A DNA stretch of 60,949 bases, counting the filler. It is 8 parts of 8 records of this genome, joined end to end, with 100 filler letters (N's around TTAATTAATTAA, not from the genome) between each part and the next. Parts side by side here need not be neighbours in the genome. Positions count along the whole stretch, not along the records: positions 13,132 to 21,046 come from SRR31147125_35822; positions 21,147 to 33,760 come from SRR31147125_35895; 6 more parts are not named here. One strand, given 5' to 3'. The notes beneath the pieces are model-generated. The model had not been told where the DNA came from. It saw only the letters and a program-made list of their open reading frames with translations, and searched no databases. Made by a program: the position numbers and the translations under genes. Positions 19,507-31,600 of this stretch are shown piece by piece (position 1 is the stretch's first letter; each line of letters starts with the position of its first letter).

Positions 19507-20910
19507 ATGACAAAAGACTACAAAGTTAAGGATATTTCACTTGCCGATTGGGGACGTAAAGAGATTGAGATTGCTGAAAAAGAGATGCCGGGCCTTATGG
19601 CTGTCCGCGAAAAATATGCTAAGGATAAGCCGCTAAAAGGTGCTCGTATTACAGGTTCTCTCCATATGACAATTCAGACCGCTGTTTTGATTGAGACTCT
19701 GGTCGATCTGGGAGCTGAGGTCAGATGGTCGAGTTGTAATATCTTTTCTACTCAAGATCATGCGGCAGCCGCAATTGCAGCCGCTGGAGTCCCTGTCTTT
19801 GCATGGAAAGGTGAGAGTCTAGAAGAATATTGGTGGTGTTTGGATCAGGCTTTGCGTTTTTCAGATGGAAAAGGTCCTAGTCTAATTGTTGATGATGGCG
19901 GCGATGCAACCTTGATGGTTCAAAAAGGTTACTATATTGAAGAAAATCCCGAGAAGAATCTTAACGTCAAACCGGGTAATCATGAAGAAGCAGTAGTTCT
20001 TGATACTTTGAAAAAGTCTTACGAAGAAGATAAAACTAGATGGCATAGGGTTGTTGATGAGTTGAAGGGTGTCTCTGAAGAGACAACAACCGGCGTGCAT
20101 CGTTTGTACCAAATGATGGCAGACAAGACCTTATTGATTCCAGCAATCAATGTTAACGATTCTGTTACAAAGTCAAAATTTGATAACTTGTATGGCTGTC
20201 GTGAATCTCTTGCTGACGGTTTGAAGAGGGCGATGGATGTTATGTTGGCTGGGAAAGTTGTTGTGGTTTTGGGTTATGGTGATGTTGGAAAGGGTTGTTC
20301 AAAGTCGATGCGTGCTTATGGTGCACGTGTGATCGTTACAGAGATCGATCCTATTTGTGCATTGCAGGCCGCAATGGAAGGTTTTGAGGTGGCGACGATT
20401 GAAGATGCGTTGGCTCAGGGTCAGATCTATGTGACAACCACAGGAAATAAAGATGTTATAACTTTAGATCATATGAAGAAGATGAGAGACCAGGCCATTG
20501 TTTGTAACATCGGTCACTTTGATAATGAGATTCAGGTAGACGCTTTGAATTCTTTTGATGGTGCAACAAAGATAAATATCAAACCTCAGGTTGATAAATA
20601 TAAATTTGAAGATGGGCATTCAATATATATGCTTGCTGAGGGTAGGTTGGTAAACTTAGGTTGCGCAACTGGTCACTCTTCATTTGTGATGAGTAATTCT
20701 TTTACCAACCAGACTTTGGCTCAGCTTGATCTCTGGCAAAACGATTATGAAGTTGGTGTTTACACGCTGTCTAAGAAGCTAGATGAAGAGGTCGCAAGAC
20801 TTCATTTGCCGGCTCTTGGTGTGAAGCTCACAAAGATGACAAAAGAGCAGTCTGAGTATATTGGCTATCCAATAGAAGGTCCTTATAAGGCAGATATGTA
20901 TAGATATTAA
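19507..20910 (+). CDS. ahcY: Adenosylhomocysteinase
   Basis: [77 protein letters not shown]. Confidence 0.98.
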   Translation: MTKDYKVKDISLADWGRKEIEIAEKEMPGLMAVREKYAKDKPLKGARITGSLHMTIQTAVLIETLVDLGAEVRWSSCNIFSTQDHAAAAIAAAGVPVFAWKGESLEEYWWCLDQALRFSDGKGPSLIVDDGGDATLMVQKGYYIEENPEKNLNVKPGNHEEAVVLDTLKKSYEEDKTRWHRVVDELKGVSEETTTGVHRLYQMMADKTLLIPAINVNDSVTKSKFDNLYGCRESLADGLKRAMDVMLAGKVVVVLGYGDVGKGCSKSMRAYGARVIVTEIDPICALQAAMEGFEVATIEDALAQGQIYVTTTGNKDVITLDHMKKMRDQAIVCNIGHFDNEIQVDALNSFDGATKINIKPQVDKYKFEDGHSIYMLAEGRLVNLGCATGHSSFVMSNSFTNQTLAQLDLWQNDYEVGVYTLSKKLDEEVARLHLPALGVKLTKMTKEQSEYIGYPIEGPYKADMYRY

Positions 20911-20917
20911 TGGATCG

Positions 20918-21046
20918 CTTCTCCACAAGGTCGAAGACTATTGGTGTTGGATCCCATGTTTTTTGGTTGTCATCCCGGACTCCGATCCGGGATCCAGTTT
21001 ATTCTGAAAATTGTCTAACATTGCTGGATCCCGGATCGGGGTCCGG
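20918..21046. repeat. REP/BIME-like inverted pair GTCATCCCGG...GGATCCAG / CTGGATCCCGG, cut off by the contig end
   Basis: GTCATCCCGGACTCCGATCCGGGATCCAG (20969-20997) and the inverted CTGGATCCCGGATCGGGGTCCGG (21024-21046); TCGAAGACTATTGGTG shared with the 18319-18383 element. Confidence 0.78.
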
Positions 21047-21166
21047 NNNNNNNNNNNNNNNNNNNNNNNNNNNNNNNNNNNNNNNNNNNNTTAATTAATT
21101 AANNNNNNNNNNNNNNNNNNNNNNNNNNNNNNNNNNNNNNNNNNNNGTTTGCGCAGAATAAAACTC

Positions 21167-21193
21167 TGCGTCCCAAAATGTTTTTGGGACGCA
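21167..21193 (-). terminator. Hairpin downstream of the ROK gene
   Basis: TGCGTCCCAAAA-TGT-TTTTGGGACGCA. Confidence 0.55.
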
Positions 21194-21258
21194 ACTGACA
21201 TGAAAAGCTATGCTTTGATTTTCCTATATATAAAAAAACAGGTGATGATTTTTAAAGA

Positions 21259-22365
21259 TCACGCTTTGGAAAGCTCATTCAAAGCAAAGGCATAAGCACC
21301 TATGGAAACAGCTTTGCTTGTACCTATTTTAGAAATGCCGACTCCCAGTCGCATCAGTGGATCATAGATCACTTTATTATCTGTTCCGGGTATTGTTATC
21401 CATTTTGTTTCCCCTTTGATAAAATGATCCAGTTCCTGTTTTTCTTCCAGATTAAAGGCTTTTGGAACGAGTCGTCTATATGTTTCATTATTTGGATTAC
21501 AATAATTCGAATTCATTTCTTTTATCATTTTGGCAAAGAACAGGGGATAGGCACCGGCAACACCACCGCCGATCACTGCTATTCCGTCAATCAATGTGAG
21601 AACATTGGCAATAGCATTTCCCAATTCTTCAGCCATACGATCAAACGCAGCCAGCGCCGCTTTTTTATTTCCAGCTAATGTGCCAGTACCAATATCATAA
21701 ATCTCTTTAGGAGAAGGTGCCTGATCAAAAGGTATTCCAACGGAGTTGGCATAAGCACGCTGGACGGCACGAATACTGACACCTTCCTCAGCATTCATGT
21801 TAGCATCCAGTTTGCTGCGTAAAAGCCACACTTCACCGGCACCGGAATTATCACCTTGTAAAAGTTGTCCATGACTGACAATCCCGGCACCAAATCCGGT
21901 ACCCAGTGTAAATCCTACCAGGTTACGAAAGCGTTTGGCGCTGCCAGCCTCTTCAAGTAACCCGTTTATATAAGGCAGGTATCCGGCAATAGCCTCTCCA
22001 TAAGCATAGAGGTCACCATCATTATTAATAAAAACCGGCAAGTTAAATTTTTCTTCAAGCATGGGGCCCAATGCAATACCACCTCGAAAAGCCGGCAGAT
22101 TTCCCAGGTCTCCGATGATACCCCGTGGGTAATCAGCCGGACCAGGGAAAGCGAAACTAATGGCAACAGGATTCTCCGCAAGCATGCTTTTAACCTGTGA
22201 AAATCCATTTACAATGGTATTTAAACAAAGATCCAAATCATGTGCGTTCGAGGGTAATGTAATTGGTTGTATAATCTCTTCACCGCCCTGAATCGCTGAA
22301 AATACAAAATTCGTACCGCCTGCGTCCAGTGTCATAACAATTCGTTTATCGTTCGCTAATGTCAT
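21259..22365 (-). CDS. ROK family sugar kinase
   Basis: TLDAGGTN, FPGPADY, INNDGDLYAYGE, TLGTGFGAG, AGEVW, IGGGV. Confidence 0.9.
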   Translation of the reverse strand: MTLANDKRIVMTLDAGGTNFVFSAIQGGEEIIQPITLPSNAHDLDLCLNTIVNGFSQVKSMLAENPVAISFAFPGPADYPRGIIGDLGNLPAFRGGIALGPMLEEKFNLPVFINNDGDLYAYGEAIAGYLPYINGLLEEAGSAKRFRNLVGFTLGTGFGAGIVSHGQLLQGDNSGAGEVWLLRSKLDANMNAEEGVSIRAVQRAYANSVGIPFDQAPSPKEIYDIGTGTLAGNKKAALAAFDRMAEELGNAIANVLTLIDGIAVIGGGVAGAYPLFFAKMIKEMNSNYCNPNNETYRRLVPKAFNLEEKQELDHFIKGETKWITIPGTDNKVIYDPLMRLGVGISKIGTSKAVSIGAYAFALNELSKA

Positions 22366-22505
22366 ACTGCCTCCAAAAGTTCATTTTCGAAATGGTATTT
22401 TTCAATTCTTTTAAATCTGTTCACAAAATATACAAAAAAGTCAAATAATTTTCCCGGATTAAATACGTTGTGTATTTACAAAATATAGATAACAGGGTGA
22501 GTTAT

Positions 22506-22530
22506 AATCCAACGACACAGTCGTTGGATT
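22506..22530 (-). terminator. Hairpin downstream of the acetyltransferase gene
   Basis: AATCCAACGAC-ACA-GTCGTTGGATT. Confidence 0.55.
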
Positions 22531-22539
22531 CCGAAGGTT

Positions 22540-23127
22540 TTAATCGTTCTTAATCTTTTCCGGAAACTGGTCTATTTTCTTTTTAACAACACAGGGATTT
22601 CCAGCGGCAAGGCTGTTGGGAGGCAGGTCTTTGATAACGACGCTGCCGGCGCCAATCACACAACCATCTCCGATCGTGGCACCAGGACAAACAACCGCAG
22701 AGCCGCCCAACCAGCAATTGTCACCAATAGTGATGGGTTTGCCGAATTCAATCAGACTGTTTCGGGTTGGCCAGTCAAGTGGATGAGTGGCAGTGTAGAG
22801 TTGAACGCCAGGGCCGAACATGACATTATGTCCGATTTTAATTTTGCAGACATCCAAAAACGCACAGTTGTAGTTTATAAAAACATTATCGCCTATGTTT
22901 ATATTATAACCATAATCACAACAAAACGGCGGTTCGATATAGGCGTTTTTCGGTTTCGCCTGAAGTAATTGAAAAATCAGTTCCTCACGGAATTTAGGCG
23001 ATTCAGTAGAGGTTGCATTGATATTTGCCAGAATCTGTCGGCAAGACAAGCGGTCAGCAGTCAGTTCAGGCTCAGATGGGTAATAGTACTCACCAGCCAT
23101 CATTTTTTGTTTTTCCGTTTTTATCAC
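22540..23127 (-). CDS. maa: Maltose/galactoside O-acetyltransferase family
   Basis: TEKQKMMAGEYY, IEPPFCCDYGYNI, YTATHP, hexapeptide repeats, AGNPC. Confidence 0.85.
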   Translation of the reverse strand: MIKTEKQKMMAGEYYYPSEPELTADRLSCRQILANINATSTESPKFREELIFQLLQAKPKNAYIEPPFCCDYGYNINIGDNVFINYNCAFLDVCKIKIGHNVMFGPGVQLYTATHPLDWPTRNSLIEFGKPITIGDNCWLGGSAVVCPGATIGDGCVIGAGSVVIKDLPPNSLAAGNPCVVKKKIDQFPEKIKND

Positions 23128-23979
23128 CTCAATTCCTTTTCTCGTTTTAATCTCCGAATCAATTCAAATGGAAAGGAAAGCTTTACACTTGAAAAAAGCA
23201 AGGAAATCTTTAGCCATCTAACGGCACCCGGGAATAACCGTCTCGAAATTTATAGATAATCTCAATATCCACTCTGATCACCGTAATAAGAACGTTTTTT
23301 ATTTTCCTGATTTACCGATGGGATCCGGTACTTGGTAAAGGAATAGATTTTCAGTTGGATATTGAAAATTAATCATAATTTTACGATAGCCGTATTCATT
23401 TTCAGAACTTTTACGATTTTAATACGTCTGTTTAATAAATTGAATTCGGACATGGTTTCTTTATAAAGTTCATTGAAGAATGAAACTAATATTATGACAT
23501 CGGTGAAATGTGATGACCAGGTAGTTTAGATAGTATTGGTTTCTCCATGAGAGAATTAAATCAAGCATATGGTTGTTTATATGTGATAGTGCTTTTGTTG
23601 AAAACGACAAAGGATTTTAATTGTAATTCAAGTGTATTTAAAGACTCTATTTTAACTTACCCCAATGAGCACATTATCAATATTTAGCCGTATTTAAACC
23701 GACTATAACTCAAAATATTTGATACAATCATATCCAATTCGAGTTATATTCAGACATCTTTATATAAATATACAATCCTGACTTTATTAAGGAACGTTCA
23801 AATATCCCGAGGATATGAGTTTGTGCAGGAAATTCATCAATATTAAATGAAAGAAACAATGAAAAAACATACACGAGCCATTAATTTTAAAATTTCAAAT
23901 TATGTTTTATTGAGTGATATTAACAGGATTCAGAATAACCCGTTTGTTTGTTCATGCGACAAGAAAAAGGGAGGAAAGT

Positions 23980-25403
23980 ATGCATGAATTCATGTTCGAT
24001 CAGAAAGAATTAGACATTACACCAGCCATTCCGTACAGTCGAAAAAGGTCGTCGCGACAACCTCAGCTCCTGATAAAAAATGGTAGTTTCTTGACCTGCA
24101 TGCTAGTATTTCTAGGCATGTTTTTTATCGGCTGTGGAAATGACCAGGCAGATCCGAATGCCTCAAGTGGGCAAAACAGATCAAATTCTCAAAATTCCTC
24201 GGCCATTCCTGTCCAGGCTGTGGCTGCAAAAAAAGGGGATATTTCTCTTTTTCTTATGCAAACAACAACAATTGAGGCAGAACGACAGGTGGATATTTTA
24301 GCAAAAGTGTCGGGACAGGTCGTCAAACTGCCTGCCGAAGAAGGCGTCAGGGTAAAAACGGGTGATTTGCTGGCACAATTGGATGAAGCGGAATTAAAAA
24401 TCAATTTTTTGCGTACAAAGGTCAGCTATGAGACCGACAAATCCGTTTATGAACGCTCGAAAGACATGTTGGAAAAGACATTTATCGCCACAGAAGATTA
24501 TGAAGCGGCACGTTTGCAATACGAGAGTTCAAAAGCCGCTCATGAAGCCGCTGCTCTTCAGCTGGAATATACCAGCGTGCGAGCACCCTTTACTGGTGTC
24601 GTTACAGCCAGAAATATTGAACTGGGGCAACGGGTAAATGTCAATCAGTCACTTTTTTTATTGCGGATTTTAACCCATTACGAGCTAAAATATATGTGCC
24701 TGAAAAAGATATCTCTCGCATCTTTGTCGGCCAGGGTGCTACAATAACGGTTGAAGCTGAACCGGGCATGGAATTTACAGGTGTCGTTAAAATGATCAGC
24801 CCGGTGGTTGATCCCGAGAGCGGAACCTCAAAGGTAACAATTGATATAAAAGATGAACTGGGAAAACTCAAACCCGGCATGTTTGCTTCGGTATTCATCA
24901 CCACCGAGACTCATGAAAATACGTTGATTATCCCCAAAAGATCTCTGGTTATCGAAACAGATGTGGATCAGGTTTATATCTACCAGGACGGAAAAGCTCA
25001 TAAAGTGAATCTCGAGCTTGGTTTTACATCTGGTGAAAATTTAGAGGTGCTGTCCGGTTTGCAGGAAGGCGATCTTGTTGTGACAGCGGGCCAGGACGGT
25101 TTACGCGAGGGTTTGCCAATTCGAATTCCCAGCCTCGAGAAGATCATGGCTCAAACCGCAGACGGAACCTCGAAACCGCAAACCATGGCAGCCAATGTAT
25201 CTCCTGAGGATCATTCAAACCGGGGTGATGAACCATCTGTAGCTATGGACCGGCTAAAACGAATGGAAGAGCGGCTGCTGAAAAATCCCGAGATTCGAAA
25301 AGAGTATGAGAAACGCCTCAAAGAGGATCCGGAATTAAAAAATAATATGGAAAAAAAGATGGCGTTTTTCCGTGAAATGCGTTCGAAAATGCGGCGACAG
25401 TAA
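23980..25403 (+). CDS. RND efflux periplasmic adaptor (frameshift in the T-run at ~24655)
   Basis: Lipobox-like FIGC, KVSGQV...EG..VKTGDLLAQLD, VRAPFTGVV, ISPVVD, LKPGMF, SGLQEGDLVV. Confidence 0.9.
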
Positions 25404-25480
25404 AGTGAGTCATATAATTTCGAGCTTTATTGCAGTTGTTAATTGAAACATAATAGTCATAAAGCAAAAGGATTTTGCTT

Positions 25481-28400
25481 ATGAATTTATCAGAATTTTC
25501 GGTAAAAAAGCCCATTACTATGCTCATGGTTATATTGAGTATAATCGTACTGGGACTTTTGGCTCTGCAAAGGCTACCTCTGGCGTTTTTACCAAACTTT
25601 TCTTCAGATGACGTGGATATTAATGTGCCTTATGTATCCTCTTCCCCTGAAGAGGTAGAGAGGCTTATTACCCGACCAATTGAAGAGATTATGGGTACTC
25701 TTCCGCATCTGGAAAATATCAGTTCAACTTCATCAGCAGAAGGAAGCAGGATTGAGGTGGAATTTGTTGATGGTATCGATATGGGGTTGGCTTCTGTTGC
25801 TGTGCGTGATCGGCTTGACCGGGTTCGACCTCAGTTACCGGACGATGTAGACAGAATTTATATAAGACGGTGGCAGTCTACTGATTTTCCGGTGATTCAG
25901 TTTAGTCTGGCCTGGGAGGGTCCTGTTGATGAACTCTATGATATTGTCAACAAGATTATTGTACCGCAGATTCAGCGAATCGAAGGCGTCGCAAATGTCG
26001 ATATTGGAGGATTGGATGAGCGCCAGGTACTGGTGGAGCTTGATTTTGAAAGAATGCGAGCGCATCATGTTGATGTCTATGATTTAAGTCGTAGTTTACG
26101 TACAAACAACATCAACATCGCAGGTGGTTGGGTGATTGATGGGGGACGTAAGCACACTGTTAGAACAATGGGTGAATTTCAATCGGTTGAAGAGATTGCC
26201 CAGGTTCCGATACAGGGCACCACTCTCGTTCTCGGTGATATCGCTAATGTGAAATTAGGTTATCCTGAAAAAACGAGATTTCAAAGACTCAATCGCAACG
26301 ATGCCATTGTGCTCGAGGTATTCAAATCATCAACGGCTAATGTCGTTCAAGTCGCATCAAATGTAAAAAAACTACTCAAGACGCTTTCCGCTCAGTCAAA
26401 TCTTTCTGGCCTGCAGATGCACATCGTTCGTGATCAGTCCGAAGAAATTGTTAATAGTTTAAAAAACCTTGCTAGCGCGGGCATCTTTGGAGCATTTTTA
26501 GCGACGTTGGTCCTTTTTGTGTTTTTACGCAAAGTTCGCAGTACGATTATTATAGCTTTAGCAATTCCAATATCTATTATTGCCACAGCCTTTCTCATGT
26601 ACATTTTAAGACTGGCACCGTTTAACTCCCAAATTACATTAAACATTGTTTCACTTTCCGGGCTCATGTTTGCTATTGGTATGCTTGTTGATCCGGCGGT
26701 AGTGGTGTTGGAAAACATCTTTCGGCATAAGCAGGAGGAAGGTCTGAGTGCACGAAAGGCAGCTATTGTTGGAGCGCGTGAAGTGTCGGTAGCTGTGATC
26801 TCTGCTACGTTTACCACAGTTATCGTTTTTGTCCCACTCGTTTTTATGTCTCAATCATCTATGGGAAGGTGGTCCAGGGATTTTGGTGTCGCTATCGTGA
26901 CCGCTACGCTCGCCAGCCTTATCATTAGCCTCACATTGATTCCATTAGCTTCGTCTCGCATTTTTACCGGTAAAGAAAAACCGAGAGCACGGTTTTTAAT
27001 GCGCATGGGTGATTCGTATGGTCGGACTATTAGTAAGGTTATTAAATACAGGTTTGCCGCGTTACTCCTGTTTTTGGGCATTAGTTGGGGCGCCTGGGAA
27101 TTGTATGGGAATATCGACCGGGACTGGCAGCCTCGAACGCCGGAACGAAGAATGGACCTGGCTATTGATTTGCCGCGCACTTACAAGGTAACTCAAATCG
27201 AGGCACTGTATGATACCCTTGAAACGTTACTTTTGGATCAAAAAGAAAAACTTGAAATATCCCAGGTGGCCAGCAGGTATATGAAACACCGGGGTCATTA
27301 CCATGCAAATTTAACCATTTATTTTGTCCCTGAAGAAGAGGCAAAAAAGGAAACGACGGACTTGTACAACGATGTACGAGCTGTACTGCCACCTATCGCT
27401 GGTATTCAGTACAGAGTCGGAAGAATGCGCGGTCGTGGCGGTGGAGATATGGGGGTGAGTGTTGAACTGAAAGGAAAGAATACCACAATTTTGGCAACTT
27501 ATGCGGAAGAAATAAAAAGTCTGCTAAAGGATATTCCTGGTGTCAAGGATGTTGATACATCGCTGGAACAAGGGGAGGAGGAAATGCAAATCAATGTGGA
27601 CCGGGTGCGCGCTCAAAAATATGGTCTTTCCGCACAACAGGTGGCACGATCAATCAACTCTGCACTGAGCAGCCGATCCAACTCCCGATTCAAAACTGAG
27701 GATAAAGAAGTCAATATTCTTGTCCAGCTGGCCGAAAATGACCGTGTGAACCTGCAACAACTGGAAAATATGGCCATTCGAAACAATCGCGGTGAAATGG
27801 TGCAGCTGGGATCGGTGGTGAATTTCGACCTGAAAAAAGGGCCTGATGCGATCCGAAGAGAGGATCGACAGACAACCATTCGAATTTTTGCCAATACAGA
27901 GCGAGCTGGTATGCGAAAAGTGAGTGAAGAAATCACGGCTCGCATGGAAACCGTTCAGCTGCCCCCTGGCTATTATTGGGGCCTGGGTCGCAACTGGATG
28001 CTCATGCGGCAGATGGAGACGGAATCAAATTTTGCCATTATTTTAGCCCTTATACTCGTTTATATTGTCATGGCTTCATTATTTGAATCGTTTATACACC
28101 CATTCACGATATTGCTTACAGTTCCTTTTGCTATAATTGGTGTGCTCATCATGTTCTGGGCCACCAGTACGAACCTGACGAATATGGCATATCTGGGAAT
28201 TATTGTTGTTTGTGGACTTGTGGTCAACAATGGCATTATCCTGATTGATGCTATCAATAAATTCCGGCGAAAAGGCCTGCTGCGTGAAGAAGCTATCAGA
28301 CTTGGTGGTCGAAACAGATTGAGGCCAATTTTGATGACCACACTAACCACTGTGATTGGGTTATTGCCCCTGGCATTACCAGCGATGTTTCCGGGTGTCT

Positions 28401-28600
28401 TTGGGCCACAGGAAGGTAGATCTGCCATGTACACACCAGTCGGTCTGGCCGTTGTTGGAGGCCTTTTAACCAGCACGCCATTAACGCTGTTTCTAATGCC
28501 AATTGTCTATGTCATGCTTGATGATCTGGTTATTTGGATAACAAAAATATTTGGTACTGCACGAATGATGCATACTGAATTAGGTAAAGTAGCAAAATAG
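25481..28600 (+). CDS. RND efflux permease, AcrB family, subunit 1
   Basis: SPEEVERLITRPIEE, GMLVDPAVVVLENI, GLVVNNGIILID, RLRPILMT. Confidence 0.95.
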   Translation: MNLSEFSVKKPITMLMVILSIIVLGLLALQRLPLAFLPNFSSDDVDINVPYVSSSPEEVERLITRPIEEIMGTLPHLENISSTSSAEGSRIEVEFVDGIDMGLASVAVRDRLDRVRPQLPDDVDRIYIRRWQSTDFPVIQFSLAWEGPVDELYDIVNKIIVPQIQRIEGVANVDIGGLDERQVLVELDFERMRAHHVDVYDLSRSLRTNNINIAGGWVIDGGRKHTVRTMGEFQSVEEIAQVPIQGTTLVLGDIANVKLGYPEKTRFQRLNRNDAIVLEVFKSSTANVVQVASNVKKLLKTLSAQSNLSGLQMHIVRDQSEEIVNSLKNLASAGIFGAFLATLVLFVFLRKVRSTIIIALAIPISIIATAFLMYILRLAPFNSQITLNIVSLSGLMFAIGMLVDPAVVVLENIFRHKQEEGLSARKAAIVGAREVSVAVISATFTTVIVFVPLVFMSQSSMGRWSRDFGVAIVTATLASLIISLTLIPLASSRIFTGKEKPRARFLMRMGDSYGRTISKVIKYRFAALLLFLGISWGAWELYGNIDRDWQPRTPERRMDLAIDLPRTYKVTQIEALYDTLETLLLDQKEKLEISQVASRYMKHRGHYHANLTIYFVPEEEAKKETTDLYNDVRAVLPPIAGIQYRVGRMRGRGGGDMGVSVELKGKNTTILATYAEEIKSLLKDIPGVKDVDTSLEQGEEEMQINVDRVRAQKYGLSAQQVARSINSALSSRSNSRFKTEDKEVNILVQLAENDRVNLQQLENMAIRNNRGEMVQLGSVVNFDLKKGPDAIRREDRQTTIRIFANTERAGMRKVSEEITARMETVQLPPGYYWGLGRNWMLMRQMETESNFAIILALILVYIVMASLFESFIHPFTILLTVPFAIIGVLIMFWATSTNLTNMAYLGIIVVCGLVVNNGIILIDAINKFRRKGLLREEAIRLGGRNRLRPILMTTLTTVIGLLPLALPAMFPGVFGPQEGRSAMYTPVGLAVVGGLLTSTPLTLFLMPIVYVMLDDLVIWITKIFGTARMMHTELGKVAK

Positions 28601-28653
28601 TAGACCGAAAATTTCAACGGATATTTAGCATTAACTAAACAGGCGAATCAAAT

Positions 28654-31600
28654 ATGAAGATCGTTAAATTCTCAATCAATCGTCCGGTAACCATAACCAT
28701 GTTTATGGTGGCAGCTGTCGTTTTTGGTTATGTCGCTTTTGATCGATTACCTATTAATCTTTTGCCTGATATTTCTTACCCGACTCTGACTATACGCACC
28801 GAATATGCTGGCACGGCACCGGGAGAAGTGGAGAATCTTATTTCAAAGCCTGTCGAAGAGGCGGTGGGCATTATTTCCGGTGTGGTGCGAACCAGTTCTA
28901 TTTCCCGTCCTGGAATGTCTGATGTTGTTCTGGAATTCGACTGGAAGACGGACATGGATTTTGCCTCTCTCGAAGTACGGGAAAAACTGGATATGCTTAC
29001 GCTGCCGGTTGGGGCAGAGCCGCCACTCCTTCTCAGATTCGATCCCTCGCTTGATCCGATCATGCGAATCGGTCTGGCAGGTGATGAAAGTTTGATCGCC
29101 CTGCGATTATTTGCGGAAGAACGTATCAAACAGGAACTTGAACCCCTGGATGGTGTAGCATCCGTGCAGGTAACAGGTGGCCTGGAAGAAGAAATTCAGA
29201 TAAATGTCCATGAAGGCCGGCTTGCAGCGCTGGGTATTCCGGTTACCCAGGTGACCCAGCGTATGGCTCAGGAAAATGTCAACCTGACTGGCGGCACGTT
29301 AAAGGATGGTGATGCCGAGTTTTTGGTAAGGACTCTGAATGAGTTTAAGTCTGTTGATGAAATGATGGATATCGTCGTCGGTTTGCGTGGACAGGCACCT
29401 ATCCTGATGAAAGACGTTGCGGATATTCTCAAGGGACACAAAGACCGCAAAATTATAACCCATCTTAATGGTGAAGAGTCTGTGGAAATTGCTATTTTTA
29501 AGGAGGCAGACAAAAATACCGTGACCGTTGCTAAAACGGTTAAAGAGCGTTTGGAAAGTGTGATGAAGGAGTTTAGAGAGTATAATGTTCCACTCAAAAT
29601 GACGATTGTAAATGATCAGTCACTCTTTATTCAGAATTCAGTAGATGAAGTTTTACAAACAGCTATCTGGGGCGGAATTTTAGCCATATTAGTACTTTAT
29701 CTGTTTCTTCGCAGCATGAAAAGCACGGTCATTATTGGTTTTACTATTCCCATATCCATTGTCGTCACATTTTTTTTCATGTATCTGGCAGATGTCTCAC
29801 TAAATATTATGTCCCTCGGAGGTCTGGCCCTGGGGGTGGGCATGTTGGTGGACAATGCAATTGTTGTTCTGGAGTCTATTGACCGGTATCTCAGACGAAA
29901 CTTTTCACTCACAGAAGCTGCTGACAAGGGTACCACAGAAGTAGGCCAGGCTGTGATCGCGTCAACTTTAACCACAGTGTGTGTGTTTGTTCCCATTATT
30001 TTTGTCGAAGGTATTGCGGGCCAGTTGTTTAATGATCAGGCTTTAGCTGTGACCTTTTCATTGCTGGCATCTCTTATGTTAGCATTGACATTAATACCCA
30101 TGTTATCCTCACGACAAATTCAATCCAATTTGACTTATGCTCTGGATTCGTCTGTTAAATCTGATATGAAAGCAAGCCCTGTTAAGAAACTTTTAAATAA
30201 CATATTTGTATATTCACCAGCCTATCTGGTAAATATGGTTCGAAAGGTTTTTAATATTCTCAGTACACTGTTAAGCCGCCTTTTAAAACCTATCTATATC
30301 GTGTTTGACAGCGGCATGGACCGTTTGAGGAATTCCTATCCCACATTTTTAGACTATATGCTGCACCATCGGCTCAAACTTTTAGGTGGCACATTGGTGC
30401 TATTCCTGTTAACACTATCCAGTTTTGTGTTTATTGGTAGTGAGCTTATACCTGAAATGAGCCAGGGTGAGTTTTTTGTGGATATATTATTACCCATCGG
30501 TACACCGCTGGAAGAGACCGAAAAAGTTATTGCAGACATGGCCTACCGTGCACAGGATGTTCCTGACATAAAAAGTATTTACACAGTTGCTGGTACTGCA
30601 GCCCAAATGGGTTTTAGCGCTACCGAATTACGTGAAAACCTCGGGCAATTGCACATCCAGTTAGAGACCCGGGATAACCGGCAGGTTGAACAACGGGTCA
30701 TGGATGAATTGCGATATCGATTTGCTTCGATTCCAGGTCTTGAGTACAAGATTTCTCGACCGACTCTTTTCAGTTTTAAAACGCCAATCGAAGTGGAAGT
30801 TCGGGGTTATAATTTACTGGAATTAGAGCGACTCAGTCTTGAACTGGCACAGGAAATGCGTACTATACCGGGTTTGCGGGACATCAAGGCCAGCACAGAA
30901 GGCGGTAATCCCGAGGTACAGATCGTTTTTAATCGTCGACGGGTGGCGCAATTAGGTATGGATGTGGCTTCTATCGGCACTGTGGTTCGTAATAAAGTCA
31001 TGGGAGAGGTCTCTACGGAACTAAATCGGCAGGACCGAAAAGTGGATATTCGTGTTCGCGCCAGAGAAGAGGACCGGAATAACATAGAAGATTTAAAAAG
31101 ACTTGTTGTCAGTACAGCGAGTTCGGTTCCCATTCAGCTCGCTACCGTGGCTGATGTGAAACTGGAACGCGGACCGAGCGAAATCCGGCGTATCGATCAG
31201 GAGCGCGTGGCACTGGTCACTGCCAACCTGAAAGGACGCGATCTAGGCAGCGTTTCTGAGGATATTCAATATATAATCAATGACTTGCAACTGCCACCTG
31301 ACTTTCGTGTACGTATTGGCGGTCAGCAACGTGAAATGGCCACCTCTTTCGATAGTATGAAACTGGCCATTGCCCTGGCCATCTTTCTGGTATATCTGGT
31401 CATGGCATCCCAGTTTGAATCCCTGATACAACCGTTTATTATCATGTTTACCATTCCATTCGCCCTTATCGGGGTGATTCTTATTCTGTTGATCACGGGT
31501 ACTCCTGTAAGCGTGATTGTACTCATTGGAGTTATCATGCTAGCGGGAATTGTGGTCAACAACGCGATTGTCCTGATTGATTTTATAAATCAGCTTCGCA

